Counted from the first letter of the stretch, positions 29,402 to 41,217 are shown. The stretch is DNA of 64,000 bases from an uncultured archaeon (GCA_963799775.1 CAWCYD010000002.1:256001-320000), one strand, 5' to 3'. Notes: generated by a model from the sequence alone, not told the origin. Numbers and translations are program-made.

Positions 29402-29721
29402 TGGCTCAGAGAACGAGGGTCGCAAAGGAGATCGGGGACAAGGAATTCGACCAGCGGATGGCCAGGGTCCATCGCAGAGGACAAAGAGCTTCTCGAAAAC
29501 CTGGCGAAGGTCTAGTCATGTATCCAGAGAAGCTTGGCATCGAATACGACCAGAAGAGCGATGTCCTCTACATCTCCGTGGGCAAGCCCAAGGAGGCCGA
29601 CGATTCAATCGAGCCACAGGAAGGAGTGGTAATGAGGACGAGACAGGGCACGCTCATTGGCATTACGATTATTGGCTTGAAGGGGACACGCAGGGGCGAA
29701 AGCCCGAAACATAAAACCTAG
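29401..29721 (+). CDS. DUF2283 domain protein with N-terminal extension (candidate antitoxin)
   Basis: EYDQKSDVLYI...GVVMR....LIGITI. Confidence 0.7.
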   Translation: MAQRTRVAKEIGDKEFDQRMARVHRRGQRASRKPGEGLVMYPEKLGIEYDQKSDVLYISVGKPKEADDSIEPQEGVVMRTRQGTLIGITIIGLKGTRRGESPKHKT

Positions 29722-29916
29722 GGCAGGGTACCTTGGTAACGGCGAAAGAGCGTAGGCGGCAAATCGAAAAGTATCATCTAGTGAAATTGAACGGCAGGTA
29801 CCACACGCGCCTTATGGGAAGATACATTCCTTACACTTTCGGCCAAAGATGTCCTGACAAGACCCGATGCAAAGAATGCTACGGCTGCTCCGTGGGATGC
29901 AATTGCGTCTCCGCGG

Positions 29917-29966
29917 TCGGCGAGCAGGGCGAAGAGTCCACATCCAGCCGATTACCGGGCACCTAG
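29917..29966 (+). repeat. Degenerate copy 2 of the tes 3' end
   Basis: TCGGCGAGCAGGGCGAAGAGTCCACATCCAGCCGATTACCGGGCACCTAG matches the last about 50 nt of tes. Confidence 0.85.
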
Positions 29967-30040
29967 ATTCCTCACCGCCGCCAGCTCTGCCTTCGACTAG
30001 AATGTGTTTATCTACTCAGCAAGCGTCAATTCCATCGACT

Positions 30041-30280
30041 TTGAAGACAAAGGGGCACGATTTCACGGTCGCTATCGAAAAGGGGGAGGATGGCTACTAT
30101 GTAGCCAGTGTCGTCGAACTGCCTGGCTGTTATATTCAAGCAAAGGCTGTGAAGGAACTCGACAAGAGAGTGAAGGAAGCAATCGAGGTGTATCTCGAGG
30201 CCAAGGGCAAAACCCCTAGTTCCTGGGTCTCCTCATCGAATCATGCACGTAGTCGCCAAAAGCAGGTCGTTTGCCCATGA
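30041..30280 (+). CDS. HicB/UPF0150 family antitoxin (orphan)
   Basis: FTVAIEKGEDGYYVASVVELPGCYIQA...KEAIEVYLE. Confidence 0.8.
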   Translation: MKTKGHDFTVAIEKGEDGYYVASVVELPGCYIQAKAVKELDKRVKEAIEVYLEAKGKTPSSWVSSSNHARSRQKQVVCP

Positions 30281-32227
30281 GACAGTCGCTGATGATGGGC
30301 ATGGGCTTTGGAGCCTTTGCGCTGATACTCGCATTTTCGCCGATGGCGACAGTCAGCGCTGCGGCCAACGCTCCATCCATTACAGTCACTCCAACGACCG
30401 CTGTCGTAGGTGCGACGATCAACGTTGGTGGAACAGGATTCCCTCCCAACGTCACGCTCACTCTTCAGTGGGCTTCAGTGAACGCCGCCTGGCTCGTGCA
30501 GGCCATACCAGTTCCGCAGGTCACGGGCCTCAAGACCAACGCCGTACAAATCACGCTGGGGTCTGCGCAGACAAACTCGTCCGGAGCATTCTCCGCGAGA
30601 TTGGCGGTCCCCACAGACTACGGTGGACAGCACTTTATCCAAGCTTTCCTTGGTAATGGGACTGCCCTCCCACCGAAAGCCGTATTCGGTGTTGAGCCTT
30701 CTTTTCACATATCGCCAACGAGCGGGCCTGATGGTACTCCGATCGAGGTAAGAGCGACGGGGTTGAGCTATGGCACTTACTCCACTAGCTATCATGTCGC
30801 TTGGGACAACGATTATACCGGCTACATGACCGCACTTGGTTCGCAGGGCGCTACCAACTTTACGATGTACGCGTCCGGTGTGCCGGGTGTCCATTACATC
30901 GACATCTACCAGGGTTATCCAGGTCCTGCTTACTTGAACCCGCAGCAGGGGCCCCCGTCTTCTGAGACACAGTCGATATTCGATGGCTACATTCCGTTCT
31001 TTGCGAACTTTACCGTTACTCCCGAACAGGTTCTGTCTTCCCAGACCTCCCTACAGACGACTACCGGCACGGCGGCACATGGTGGAGTCATCCCGGGAGT
31101 CGGATCTCTCTTCCTCCTTCTCTCGCTCGCAGGGATAGGGTTGTTCATCACAACGAGGACAAGCAGTGAGAGGAAGGCGCTATCCAAACTCGTTATGGCC
31201 GCCCTGATAATCGTGCTAGTTGGAGTCGCGGGCATCGGCATCTATGTGGCAACTACCGCTTCCACCTCGACAACGAGTAACTCGACTCTCGCTTCGTCGT
31301 CCTCGAGTTCGCCGTCAACAACATCCCAAGTGTCGTCTATTCCTCAGGTATCCTTTGTCCCAGTCGCTACGGTCTATCGGCCACACGTAACAGTGCCTGT
31401 GAACAACGCGACAACAGGGCCACGCATAAGCGTCACTCCGACAATCGCGAGCGTCGGTGACAACATTACGGTGAATGGAGCAGGCTTCGCGCCTAATGCT
31501 TCCCTTCCACTCACGTGGTCGACCCGGCAGGGGAGCAATCTCCTGGGCTTCAAGCTCGTAAGCAAGCCGCTGAGGCTGGTGACAGCCACGAGCTCGGGGA
31601 GCCTTTACACTGAACATGAAGGTGCCTCCTGATCTTGGAGGTGACCACTTTATTGCTGCTGGGAACCTGACGCAGAACTCTAACGGCACTGTCTTCATCC
31701 AGAGAAGCGCCGTGCTGAGCACGACTAAAGGACCGCAGGGTACGCAGATTCAGGTGATAATGCACGGAGTGGGATGGGACTTCAACACAAACATAGTCGC
31801 CGTCGATTACGACAACTCGTACATCGGATACGCATGCGGGTTCAATAGCGGGGGGAACGTGACAGTAACGATCGTGGCCACGGGTGAGCCTGGAATACAC
31901 ACAATCGACGTGTATCCCTCGGAGTGGTGGGGTGGGTCGAACTTTGCCTCGCAGCAGGTTGTAGAGTACAGATACCCGTTGTTGACTCCGCAGGACCATC
32001 CAGAACAGATGCCGTCTTTCCATTTCACTTTCCTGATGACATCCAGCAGCAACTCGACACAGACAGCCGGTGTGACGAACAATGGCGGGCTGGTCACAGC
32101 ATTGGGAGGGGCCTCGGTTCTAGAGTCTTCAGCTCTTGTTGCAAGTGCGACAGCGCTCTTTCTTTTCAGACCTCTGACTGCGAAGAGTGAGCAATGGACC
32201 GAACATCGGACGATCTATCTTCTATAG
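30271..32227 (+). CDS. Surface protein with duplicated Ig-like modules and internal TM helices (frameshift near 31610)
   Basis: Two similar halves (P.I.VTPT.A.VG..I.V.G.GF.PN..L.L.W; VP.D.GG.HFI.A; GP.GT.I.V; DN.Y.GY; G.PG.H.ID.Y). Confidence 0.75.
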
Positions 32228-32290
32228 GCTAGATCTTGGCGCTGGACCTATCAGGCGCAGAATAGGAGTCCTGGCGGTAGGATGGAAGCA

Positions 32291-32562
32291 ATGAAGAGGA
32301 TAGACGAGTCTCTCGAGGTGAGGACAATTTGGCTCTTGTTGATAGTCTCTGGCATTTCCATCTTCGGGATTTGGGCGCTGAACACCTAATGGTCTCGGGA
32401 GAATCGTTATATGGTGCCGACGTCTCAATCGACCTGTTGTCCTTCGCAATGTTCTCGTACATCTACAGGACCACCAAGCTTGGCAATGACGTTCGCCGTA
32501 CTGCGCTGATTGGCGGCTCTTGCATGCAGGCGATGCTTGTCTTCCTGGGGCTGTCGCTCTGA
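32291..32562 (+). pseudogene. Fragmented membrane-protein gene
   Basis: Hydrophobic coding-like segments broken by a stop or frameshift. Confidence 0.3.
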
Positions 32563-32899
32563 TTGGATATAGATGGCTCCCTACGGCTCAGATTCCCGAG
32601 AGGCGCATCACCGTTGAAAATGAAGCAGTTAGGCATCTCAAATTCATGTCAAAGCTCGTCTAGTCCTTCGATAGATTGCCTATGTCAAGAGACTTGCCCG
32701 AACGAGAGGTCTCCGAGCCTCATCAGAGCGAATGCCTTTGCCGATTTGGGAGCGATCTTATCGATTTGTTGACCATGGTTGTTCATGCGGCTACAGAGGA
32801 CAAGGCAGGGGAAGAACTCTCGCGAACAGGGCTACACCCTTCTTTCTTCGAACTGATCGCCGAAGACAGGAACCGAAGTTCGGAACTGGTGAGAAACGC

Positions 32900-33772
32900 G
32901 TGAAGACGCGGTCAGGCATCGGAACCCAAACCCTTGCGGCTGTCGCACTTGTCGTGATAATCGTCGTCGGCGCAGGAGCATACTTCGCGCTCTCTGGACC
33001 GAGTTCCAAGTCGAACAGAACTACCACTAGTTCGATTCCAGAGCAGTCGACTTCGACCACAACAAGTTCCAGCTCAACAAGCAGCGTGACAACATCGACA
33101 ACGACCACTAGCAGTGCTACGTCTACCTCTTCTACCTCACAGGTCACAACTCAGCCGTCGACGTCTCAGGCGGGTTTTGGGTTCACCATGACGGCGAACG
33201 CCGCTCAGGCTGTCCTGTCCCCCGGCGACAGCACTAACTATCTGGTCCTAACGCTTACACCTTATCCGAGTGCCAGTGGAAGCGAGACGGTATTCTTCAA
33301 CGGGACAGTTTCGAGCGGTCTGGGGGTGTCGTTCGCCTTCAAGTCGCTCCCGCTTCTTGCTGGGTCGCCCCTAACCGACAACATCTTTCTTAGTGCCTCC
33401 AGCTCGGAGAACGTGGGCAACTACACGCTAACTGCGTCCGCTACTTCGCAGGGTCAGGTTCAGTCCACCTCTATTCAAGTGAGAGTCGTTCAGCACCTGG
33501 TGTACCTGTCATTTTTCCAATTCTCGCCGGCCAACTTTACCGTGCCGAAGGGCTCTACCGTCTACTTCTACAACACGGATGCTCCGCATAATTGGTGCGG
33601 AGAATCCGATTCGGGTGACAAGACAATAAGTTTCACAAGCATAGTGAGCACGACCTCTCCTACGATAGCATCATTCAGTCTTTGGAGCATCACACTCGCT
33701 CAAGGCGGGACATACTCATACATGGACACTGAACACACAACGAGCGGAACCGGAACGATCGTCGTAGATTAG
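32900..33772 (+). CDS. Membrane-anchored Ser/Thr-rich protein with C-terminal cupredoxin-like domain
   Basis: Class III-like signal (RSG/IG..hydrophobic); FSPANFTVPKGSTVYFYNTD..H...GTYSY...H...GTIVV. Confidence 0.7.
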   Translation: MKTRSGIGTQTLAAVALVVIIVVGAGAYFALSGPSSKSNRTTTSSIPEQSTSTTTSSSSTSSVTTSTTTTSSATSTSSTSQVTTQPSTSQAGFGFTMTANAAQAVLSPGDSTNYLVLTLTPYPSASGSETVFFNGTVSSGLGVSFAFKSLPLLAGSPLTDNIFLSASSSENVGNYTLTASATSQGQVQSTSIQVRVVQHLVYLSFFQFSPANFTVPKGSTVYFYNTDAPHNWCGESDSGDKTISFTSIVSTTSPTIASFSLWSITLAQGGTYSYMDTEHTTSGTGTIVVD

Positions 33773-33864
33773 CAATAAGTCAAGATTTCGAAGACCACCA
33801 AGGAATCCTTCACCGACAAGCGCTCGATTCCAGTCAAATGATTTGAGAGTCAGCAGGAGGGGTT

Positions 33865-34082
33865 CAGTCTCAAGCGGCAGGCAACGGATTTCAACGAGCG
33901 CGCCCCTCTTGTGCTCTCCCTGGGCCCTGTCTCGAACCTGTATCCTCCCGCCGTATCTCCCGACGACTAGGGCATGGACCATCGACATTCCGAGCCCCCT
34001 TGCGTTCACGTCCTGGGGCTGAGTGTACCTGGAGAATAGGGAACGCTTCACCATATCTGAGATACCGTCTCCAACATCGTCT
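33865..34082 (-). pseudogene. C-terminal fragment of a histidine kinase ATPase domain
   Basis: D.GDGI..LF..GLGMSMV..LV..YGGRI.V G-boxes; truncated at the tes-tail repeat. Confidence 0.65.
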
Positions 34083-34091
34083 ATGTGCTCG

Positions 34092-34284
34092 CGGAATGGT
34101 ATCGCGACCGCATCCAGCAGAAGTTCGGCAAGCCCGTCGAACAGTGGGAGGCTGAAAACCACCGCAAGCTCGAGGACGGCCTCTACAGAGGAACCTTGAG
34201 GCGCGGGACCCACACGCGGGTTGCGGATGCGCGCTCGGCGGGAACGGCGAGGAAGTCCACATCCAGCCGATCACGGGAACTTAG
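34092..34284 (+). repeat. Diverged copy 3 of the tes 3' end (about 190 nt)
   Basis: Encodes EWYRDRIQQKFGKPVEQWEAENHRKLEDGLYRGTLRRGTH...EEVHIQPITGT*, nearly identical in protein to 28653-28844 with mostly third-position differences. Confidence 0.9.
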
Positions 34285-34337
34285 AACCACCCGCTTCTTA
34301 GCAGGCTTTGCCGCGTGCGCTCACGCGGGCCGAGGGG

Positions 34338-34712
34338 CTAGGCGAGAGCCCGCCGGTACGCGGCGACAAACTCCGCGTCGGCGACCCCAGAAACCAGCTT
34401 TTCCCTGCCGTCGGGGAATATTATTGGGAACGCCGTGGCTTGGTATGGAAGGTCTAGCAACTCGGTCTTATCTTCGCTGTCGAACTCGTTGACCTTCACG
34501 CAGTCTCCCTGGTCGCACTGGAATTGGTACACCGCGAGTATTCGCCTCTCGCCGAGGCCCCCTCCCCTGGTCCCAGACGTCGTGCGGAACCCTTCCGGGA
34601 GGCGCAGCACGAAGATGGTGTTGGGGGCGTCGAGCTTCGTCAGGTCTATCTCTCGCTCGGAGACGTACACGCAGCGCATGTTCGACCGGACTAGCTCCAC
34701 GAATTCTTGCAA
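34338..34712 (-). CDS. Hypothetical protein
   Basis: 124-aa ORF, GGGLGERRI motif, host-like codons. Confidence 0.65.
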   Translation of the reverse strand: MQEFVELVRSNMRCVYVSEREIDLTKLDAPNTIFVLRLPEGFRTTSGTRGGGLGERRILAVYQFQCDQGDCVKVNEFDSEDKTELLDLPYQATAFPIIFPDGREKLVSGVADAEFVAAYRRALA

Positions 34713-34822
34713 GTCGCTTTCCCCTCGACGCGTTGTCGCGGTCGCTTAAAGCCTAAAGCGACAGCACCTGTTCCGCGTCGCCATCGGTGCGGTTATTATC
34801 GAGGCAGGCGCGCGCGCTCTCG

Positions 34823-35398
34823 ATGACGACCGTCGACCTGAACTTCGTGGGGTTTGACATCCCCGTCCTCGTCTCAGCCTCGATTGTCGTGGGCCTTGGC
34901 TCTTACAGGCGGTTCAGAATAGGCGCGCGGAGTCTCGCATCCTACGCAGCAATCTTCCTCGCCATCTCTCTCGCCGGCGTCCTTCTTTTCGAAGCCGCCC
35001 CTGCTCCCAGGAGCCTGAACATCCCAAACGATTGGAGTCTGCTTTTCATGATTGGGTCCGGAGCCCTCTACGCAGCGTTCTTTCAGTCGAGGAGAGCTAT
35101 CCTCGTGGGAATGATCGAATGCTACGCCATCGGCACGTTTGCAATGGTCTTCTGCGACGTGGTCAGGACATGGGTAATCGGGCTGCCGGTCAACCTGCCC
35201 GTCGTGTACTTCGGAGGCGACGGATTCGACGACATGATTTTGAACGTAGGAATATTCATGCAGAGCACCTACGCGACTATCTCGGCCGCCCAGGGCTTGT
35301 GGGACCGGAACCTCGTGGAGAGAGTAATCGGACGCAAGTTGGCCGCCAAGCTCTGGCAGGAGTACCATGGTCGGAGCCCGACCCTTCTAGACGCGTAG
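34823..35398 (+). CDS. Membrane protein
   Basis: Several TM segments; GGDGFDD motif. Confidence 0.65.
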   Translation: MTTVDLNFVGFDIPVLVSASIVVGLGSYRRFRIGARSLASYAAIFLAISLAGVLLFEAAPAPRSLNIPNDWSLLFMIGSGALYAAFFQSRRAILVGMIECYAIGTFAMVFCDVVRTWVIGLPVNLPVVYFGGDGFDDMILNVGIFMQSTYATISAAQGLWDRNLVERVIGRKLAAKLWQEYHGRSPTLLDA

Positions 35399-35534
35399 AG
35401 GGGAGCATAGGAAGGGAGATTCAGCTAGCGAAAGCAATCAGCGGCCGCGGCTCTGCTTCTGCACTAGGCTCTTTTCCGACAACGCCGCGGCGACCCCCAT
35501 CGAGAGCGCGAGGCCCTCCAGTAGTGGCTTGACC

Positions 35535-35756
35535 TTACTTTGACGCCTTCAACGCCGCGACCTCGACCTCCAGCTTCGCCAGCCTTTCCGCGACCTCGAG
35601 CCTGGTCTCGAACGCAGCGATCCTGCTTTCGATGGCGGCAAGCCTCGGGTCCATCTTTGCGGACAGCTCCAGGTCGACCGTTTGCTTCACCGCCTTGTCG
35701 ACTATGCTCTGGAACCCCTTCTTTCCGAGTTGAGTGCCTAGATTGACCGTTGCCAA
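35535..35756 (-). CDS. Small coiled-coil protein
   Basis: Heptad C-terminus RLAAIESRI..RLEVAERLAKLE; TTATAT upstream. Confidence 0.6.
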   Translation of the reverse strand: MATVNLGTQLGKKGFQSIVDKAVKQTVDLELSAKMDPRLAAIESRIAAFETRLEVAERLAKLEVEVAALKASK

Positions 35757-35950
35757 TTGGAGTTTCTCGAAGTAAAGGCCCGAACGCGAGATATAAGCGT
35801 CGCGTCGCCGATCGATTCACAACCAACTAGAGACGAGCGAGGTGTGACCACTTCTCCAGAGCGGATCTAAAGGGCGATTCGGGGTCGCACGTCCCCGTTG
35901 CCACACCCTGGTCGAACCTGCAACGAGCGGTTCAGGGGCTGAATTCGGAT

Positions 35951-36160
35951 ATGTCGTTCCCTCGCGAGGGCAAGCCCCAGCTGGAGGAGAAGATCCTCAG
36001 CTCCCAGTCCGAAGGCCCCCGGAACTTCGCCGAGCTGACCGCTCTCACAAGCGCGACGCGCGCCGACCTTGTGCAGGCCTTGGAAAGCCTCATGGCTAAG
36101 GGGACCGTCATCAAGAGTTCGGACGGCTTCGGGACCATCTACTCGCGACGCCAATGTTAG
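35951..36160 (+). CDS. Small winged-helix protein
   Basis: FAELT...LVQALESLMAKGTV...Y. Confidence 0.45.
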   Translation: MSFPREGKPQLEEKILSSQSEGPRNFAELTALTSATRADLVQALESLMAKGTVIKSSDGFGTIYSRRQC

Positions 36161-36217
36161 CCGGTCGAATCGGCTTCGCCGACTCCTTAATCTGCGGCAG
36201 CGTCCCAGGCCCAGGTC

Positions 36218-36676
36218 ATGCACCTTGAGGTCTCCGCTGGGCTGAATGTCCCGCCCGAGACGGCCTTCTCGGCGTTCACCGACTTTGAATCGATGCCAAA
36301 GTGGTCGAAGGGCCTCGTCTCGGTGAGGGTCACAAAGCGGGAGGGCGACGTCGTATTCTTCGAGACCCTCGAGTCTTCACCTACGGGAGAAGTGCGCAAG
36401 GTGGCAGGCAGCGTGACCCTGAGTGACAACAGGGTAGACTCGAAAACTGAGACCCGGTTCTCGGTGGTCACCCGGTCGGTCGTGTTCGACGCGGCTCCAG
36501 GAGGTGGCACTACTGTCACGGCCGCGCTCGACATAGAGTTCAAGGGTCTCTGGGGCGCGGTCCTCCGGAGCAGAGCCAAGAAGGAAAAGGCCGAGACTTC
36601 CGCCCGAGAGGAGCTAGCGTCGTTCGCTCGCTATGTCGAAGGCCTCGGCAAAGTCGGGTCCGGCCTTCTCGCGTGA
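36218..36676 (+). CDS. SRPBCC/START family protein
   Basis: VPPETAFSAFTDFESMPKW...GGTTV, C-terminal helix. Confidence 0.8.
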   Translation: MHLEVSAGLNVPPETAFSAFTDFESMPKWSKGLVSVRVTKREGDVVFFETLESSPTGEVRKVAGSVTLSDNRVDSKTETRFSVVTRSVVFDAAPGGGTTVTAALDIEFKGLWGAVLRSRAKKEKAETSAREELASFARYVEGLGKVGSGLLA

Positions 36677-36677
36677 G

Positions 36678-38141
36678 CTATGTCGGGTTCGACCGCCGCT
36701 TCGTGGCCACGACCAGCAGAGCAGCGACCGCCAACGTCCCCGCCCATCCAACGACCCAAAGAGTCGGCACTCCTTCCTGAGGCCCTTGGATGGTCACCGT
36801 CGACGTCTCGTTCGTTGTGATTGTCACGGCCGGCGGTGTCTCTGTCGATGTCACGGTCGACAAGACCGTGGAGGTCAGAGTCAGAGCTCGGCTGGTAGAG
36901 TTCGTTCCCGCGGAGAGCGTCCCGTTGGGATACTCGAGGGGGTAGTGGTTTGCGATGAAAGGCCCAGGCAAGGTCAGCGGCGAGTTGGGCGCTTGACCAA
37001 AGTCGAAGGCCTCCATCAGATTGTTCGCGAGGCCGTCGCGGCTCGTGAGAGGCTGCAGAGAATACGTCGTCTCGATGAACTTGAGGATCGACGTGAAGTC
37101 GCCCTGCGTGTGGTCGACGAACGCCTCTTTCGCGTAGGGTGAGATCACTATGCAAGGGACGCGCATCCCGTAGCCGAATCCGTCCACCTGAGGTGGTGGG
37201 ACGTGGTCATACCACCCTCCCCAGTCGTCCCAGGTGAGGAAGATGGCGGTGGAGCCCCAATAGGGGCTGTTCATCACCGCGTTAATCATCTGCACGACGG
37301 CCTGCTCCCCTCGGGTCACGTTCGCGGGCGGCTCCTCGCTCAAAGTGTCGTTGGCTGGCATGACAAAAGAAACGCTGGGAAGGTTGCCTTCCTTGATGTC
37401 CGTCATGAACTGGCTTGTCTCGGTCAGGCGGTTGAGCCTGGTCTGGTTGTCCATGAACGATGTGAACGCGGGCAGCGGGTTCCAGTTCGTCAACTCCTCG
37501 GAGTACCCCGCGTAATACTTCCAAGACACGTGGCTCGCATCAAGCTCGTCGAAGATTGAGGGGAGGGTGATCTTGTTGTTCTGTATGCTGCTCGAGGTGA
37601 AATTTATCACGCCGTTCCTTTCGTCGGAGGTCCAGCCACCCGACTGCGCTGAGACCAGATAGAGGTGGTTCGGCATGCTCGGGCCCATCACGGACGTGAA
37701 GAAGTTGTCCATCAGGACGAATCGGGACGCGTAGTCCCAGTAGTAGGGTATCGCGTGGTAGTCGTAGTAGCCCATCGTGAGGTTCGAGCCCTCGGCAGTC
37801 ACAAAGCCGTCCATCTTTCCGTTGTCGTAGGCCGCGTGGGCGGCGGCCCAGCTGTTGTCGAGGTTGTGCGCAAGCGTGGTGTTGGTGAGGAGGTAAGGTG
37901 TCACCGACGGAGCGCCGCCGGGAGTGGTCGGGAGCGAGCTGTAGTTGCTGATGCCGTTCGCCCCCGGATAGGTGCCAAAGTAGTTGTCGAAGGTGTGGTT
38001 CTCCTGCACCATCACCACCACGTGCTTGATCGGGGATTGACCAGGGCTCGAGTAGGCATTTGGAAGCTCGGCCATGCTCAGGGAGAGCACTAGGACGACA
38101 AGTAGAGCGATGACATTCGAACGAAATCTCTTTCCCACCAT
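36678..38141 (-). CDS. Phosphoesterase (phospholipase C / acid phosphatase family), membrane anchored
   Basis: [43 protein letters not shown]. Confidence 0.9.
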   Translation of the reverse strand: MVGKRFRSNVIALLVVLVLSLSMAELPNAYSSPGQSPIKHVVVMVQENHTFDNYFGTYPGANGISNYSSLPTTPGGAPSVTPYLLTNTTLAHNLDNSWAAAHAAYDNGKMDGFVTAEGSNLTMGYYDYHAIPYYWDYASRFVLMDNFFTSVMGPSMPNHLYLVSAQSGGWTSDERNGVINFTSSSIQNNKITLPSIFDELDASHVSWKYYAGYSEELTNWNPLPAFTSFMDNQTRLNRLTETSQFMTDIKEGNLPSVSFVMPANDTLSEEPPANVTRGEQAVVQMINAVMNSPYWGSTAIFLTWDDWGGWYDHVPPPQVDGFGYGMRVPCIVISPYAKEAFVDHTQGDFTSILKFIETTYSLQPLTSRDGLANNLMEAFDFGQAPNSPLTLPGPFIANHYPLEYPNGTLSAGTNSTSRALTLTSTVLSTVTSTETPPAVTITTNETSTVTIQGPQEGVPTLWVVGWAGTLAVAALLVVATKRRSNPT

Positions 38142-38211
38142 CGTCTCTCCGCGCCACCTTGAATCTCAAGGCCCTTAAATAACGAAAATCCCGCGAGGAA
38201 ACTGCGACGGA

Positions 38212-38920
38212 ATGGAACGCCCAATCTCCAGCGCACTCATCGCTGAGGCATACGGGCAACTTTCTCCTCACGTTCGTCGGCGGGATGGCCATCGTCGTCG
38301 CATCGGATTCGCAAGTCTTCGGGGCCGGGGCCTCGTTCGGTCTCGGCTTCATAGGGCTCGCGCACGGGTTGGCGCTCCTCGCTGGGATCGCGTCGGTTGG
38401 GAGCATCTCTGGTGGTTTCTTCAACCCAGCCGTAACGATCGCGATGTGGGCAGGGGGAAGGTTCCCAGGGAGACGAGTGTTGCCTTACTTCGGGGTACAG
38501 CTGATCGGTGCTGCTCTTGCGGCGCTCGTGATGCTAGCTATCGTCGGGATGAAGGTAGGGTCGATCTCGGATCTTGGGAGCCAAATCCCGAACCCGAGCC
38601 TACCGCTGGTGTCATCGGTCCTCGCCGAGATAGTGGGGACAACCTTCCTTGCAATGGCCGTCCTCGGGTCCACCGACCACGACTCGCAAGGGATCGCATG
38701 GGCGACGTCGGGCATCGGGTTCGTCTTGGCGGCGACCATCTTCGCCCTCGGCGCCATCTCCGGTGCCTCCCTCAACCCCGCGAGGAGCTTCGGGCCGGCT
38801 CTCGTCTCGCTGCTGTTCAGCACCCAGCCGATGCAATACTATCCGATCTATCTGGTCTGCCCGATCATCGGGGGCCTCTTGGCGGCGGTCCTCTACAGGA
38901 TGATCTACAAGCGTTCCTGA
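38212..38920 (+). CDS. MIP family aquaporin (frameshift near 5' end)
   Basis: SGGFFNPAVT and GASLNPARSFGPA. Confidence 0.9.
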
Positions 38921-38938
38921 GGTCTGTCTAGACGGCCC

Positions 38939-41217
38939 TCACCGCGCGTTGCCGCCGGACTCCACCCTGTGGACGAGTTCCTTGACCTTGACCACGGTGT
39001 CCGGATTGACCGAGACCGAGTCTATCCCGAGCGAGACCAGGTACTCGGCGAACTCCGGGTAGACAGACGGGGCCTGGCCGCAGATGGACACCGTGATGCC
39101 CTTCCTGTGGGCCCCGTCGATCAGCATCTTGATCGCCTTCTTCACCGCCTCGTTCCTTTCGTCGAAGTAGCCCATCCTTGCGAGCCTGCCCGAATCCCTG
39201 TCGATCCCGAGTATCAGCTGGGTGAGGTCGTTCGAACCGATGCTAAAGCCGTCGCAGAGCTTGGCGAACTCCTCCGCTAGGAAGACCATCGAAGTGAACC
39301 TCCGCCATCAGCCAGACCTTGAAGGTCTCGCCCCGTCTCAGTCCCTCCTCCTCGAGCAGCTCGAGGCACTTCACCACCTCCGACGTCGTCCTGACGAACG
39401 GGAGCATGACCCAGACGTTCGTCAGCCCCATCTTTTCCCTGACCCTCTTGATCGCCTTGAGCTCCATCCGGAATGCCTTCACGTAGTCTGGGGAGATGTA
39501 GCGCGAGACGCCCCGCCACCCGATCATCGGGTTCGACTCGACGTCCTCGAACTTCCCGCCGCCCTCGAGCTCCTTGTACTCGTTCGTCTTGAAGTCCGAG
39601 AACCTCACGACGAGAGGGCGAGGTCTTATCTCCCTCGCGACCGTGGCGATCCCTTCCGAGACCCTGTCCACGAAGACGCTCTCCCTGCCCGTCTCGATGA
39701 GGTGCATGGGATGCTCCCCGACGTAGCTCGCGATGATGAACTCCACCCTCATGAGGCCTATCCCGTCGAACGGGATCTTGGCGTAGTCCTTGATCTTCTC
39801 CGGCACGCCGAGGTTCATGTAGATCTTCGTGCGGGTCTTGAGCTTCCTCGCCGCCTCGATCTCCTCCGCCGAGATTGTCGCGGCGGCCACGGGGGCCACC
39901 TTCCCCTTGAATACCAGCCCCCTCGAGCCGTCCACGGTGACCGTCATGCCGTTCTTCAGGACCTTGGTCGAATTGGACGTCCCGACGACACAGGGGACCC
40001 CCAGCTCCCTGCTCACGATCGCGGCGTGGCTGGTCATGCCTCCCTCATCGGTGACTATCCCCGAGGTCTTCACCATCAGCGGGACGTAGTCAGGGGTCGT
40101 CATCCTCGTGACGAGGATGTCCCCCTTGTCCACCTTTGCGAAATCCTTCGGGTCCAGGACCAGTTTGACAGGCCCCGTCCCTATGCCGGGGGAGGCGCCG
40201 AGCCCTTTGACGATCGGTCTCTCCTCGATTACGCCTTCGTCCCTTTTCTTCGAGATTACGGTGACCGCCCTCGTCTGGACGAGGTAGGTCTTGCCGCCCT
40301 CGATGGCCCACTCAAAGTCTTGGGGATACTTGTAGTGCTCTTCCAGCCGCTTGCCCAGCTGCCACAGTCCCTCAAGCTCCTTGGCGCTGAGGACCGGCTT
40401 GTCCCTGAGGCTCGCGGTGAACCTGGACCGTGACGAGGCCTGAGGCCTGCGCGCTCGCCTTCTTCATCTGGGTCTTGCGTGCGAGCCGCCGATCTATGAC
40501 CTTGCCCGTCGTCTTGTCCAACGTGAAGGTGTCAGGGGCCAGCCGTCCGGACACAATCTCCTCGCCCTGCCCATAGACCGCCTCGATGACCGCCTGCGTG
40601 CGGTCTCCCGTCATGGGATGGATGGTGAACCCTACGCCGGCCTTTTCGCTCATTATCTGCTTCTGGACGACGACGGCGGTGGAGATGGAGTGGGAGCCGA
40701 ACCCTCGCTTTGCCCTATAGAATATCGCCCTGGCCGTGTAGACCGAGGCCCAGCACTTCTTTATCGCAGCGAGCACCTCGTTCGCGCCCTTGACATTGAG
40801 CAAGGTTATCTGCTGCCCAGCGAAGCTCGCGTCGCGCAGATCCTCCATCGTCGCGGAGCTTCTCACAGCGACCGCCAAGGCCTTCGAGTCGCCGCTCAGT
40901 TCCCTGTACGCGAGGGCCACCTCGCCGGCGACCTCGCCGGGCATGGTGGACGACTCCACCAGTTTCCTTATCTTGGCGGCTCCCTTCTCAAGGCTCTCGA
41001 GGTCGTCCAGGTCTATGCCCTTTAGGGCCTGCTGAAGCTTCTCGTCCAGTCCATGCCACTTTGCGAACCCCTTGTACGCCTTCGTGGTGACGACGAAGGC
41101 TTCGGGGACTGGGAGCCTCGCTCGATACATCTCTCCCAGGTTCGCTCCCTTGCCGCCCGCGAACCCCACGTCGAACTTGGTTATCTCGTCCAGAGACCGG
41201 ATATACTGCGAGTTCAA
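38939..41217 (-). CDS. ppsA: Phosphoenolpyruvate synthase (several frameshifts)
   Basis: [62 protein letters not shown]. Confidence 0.92.
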
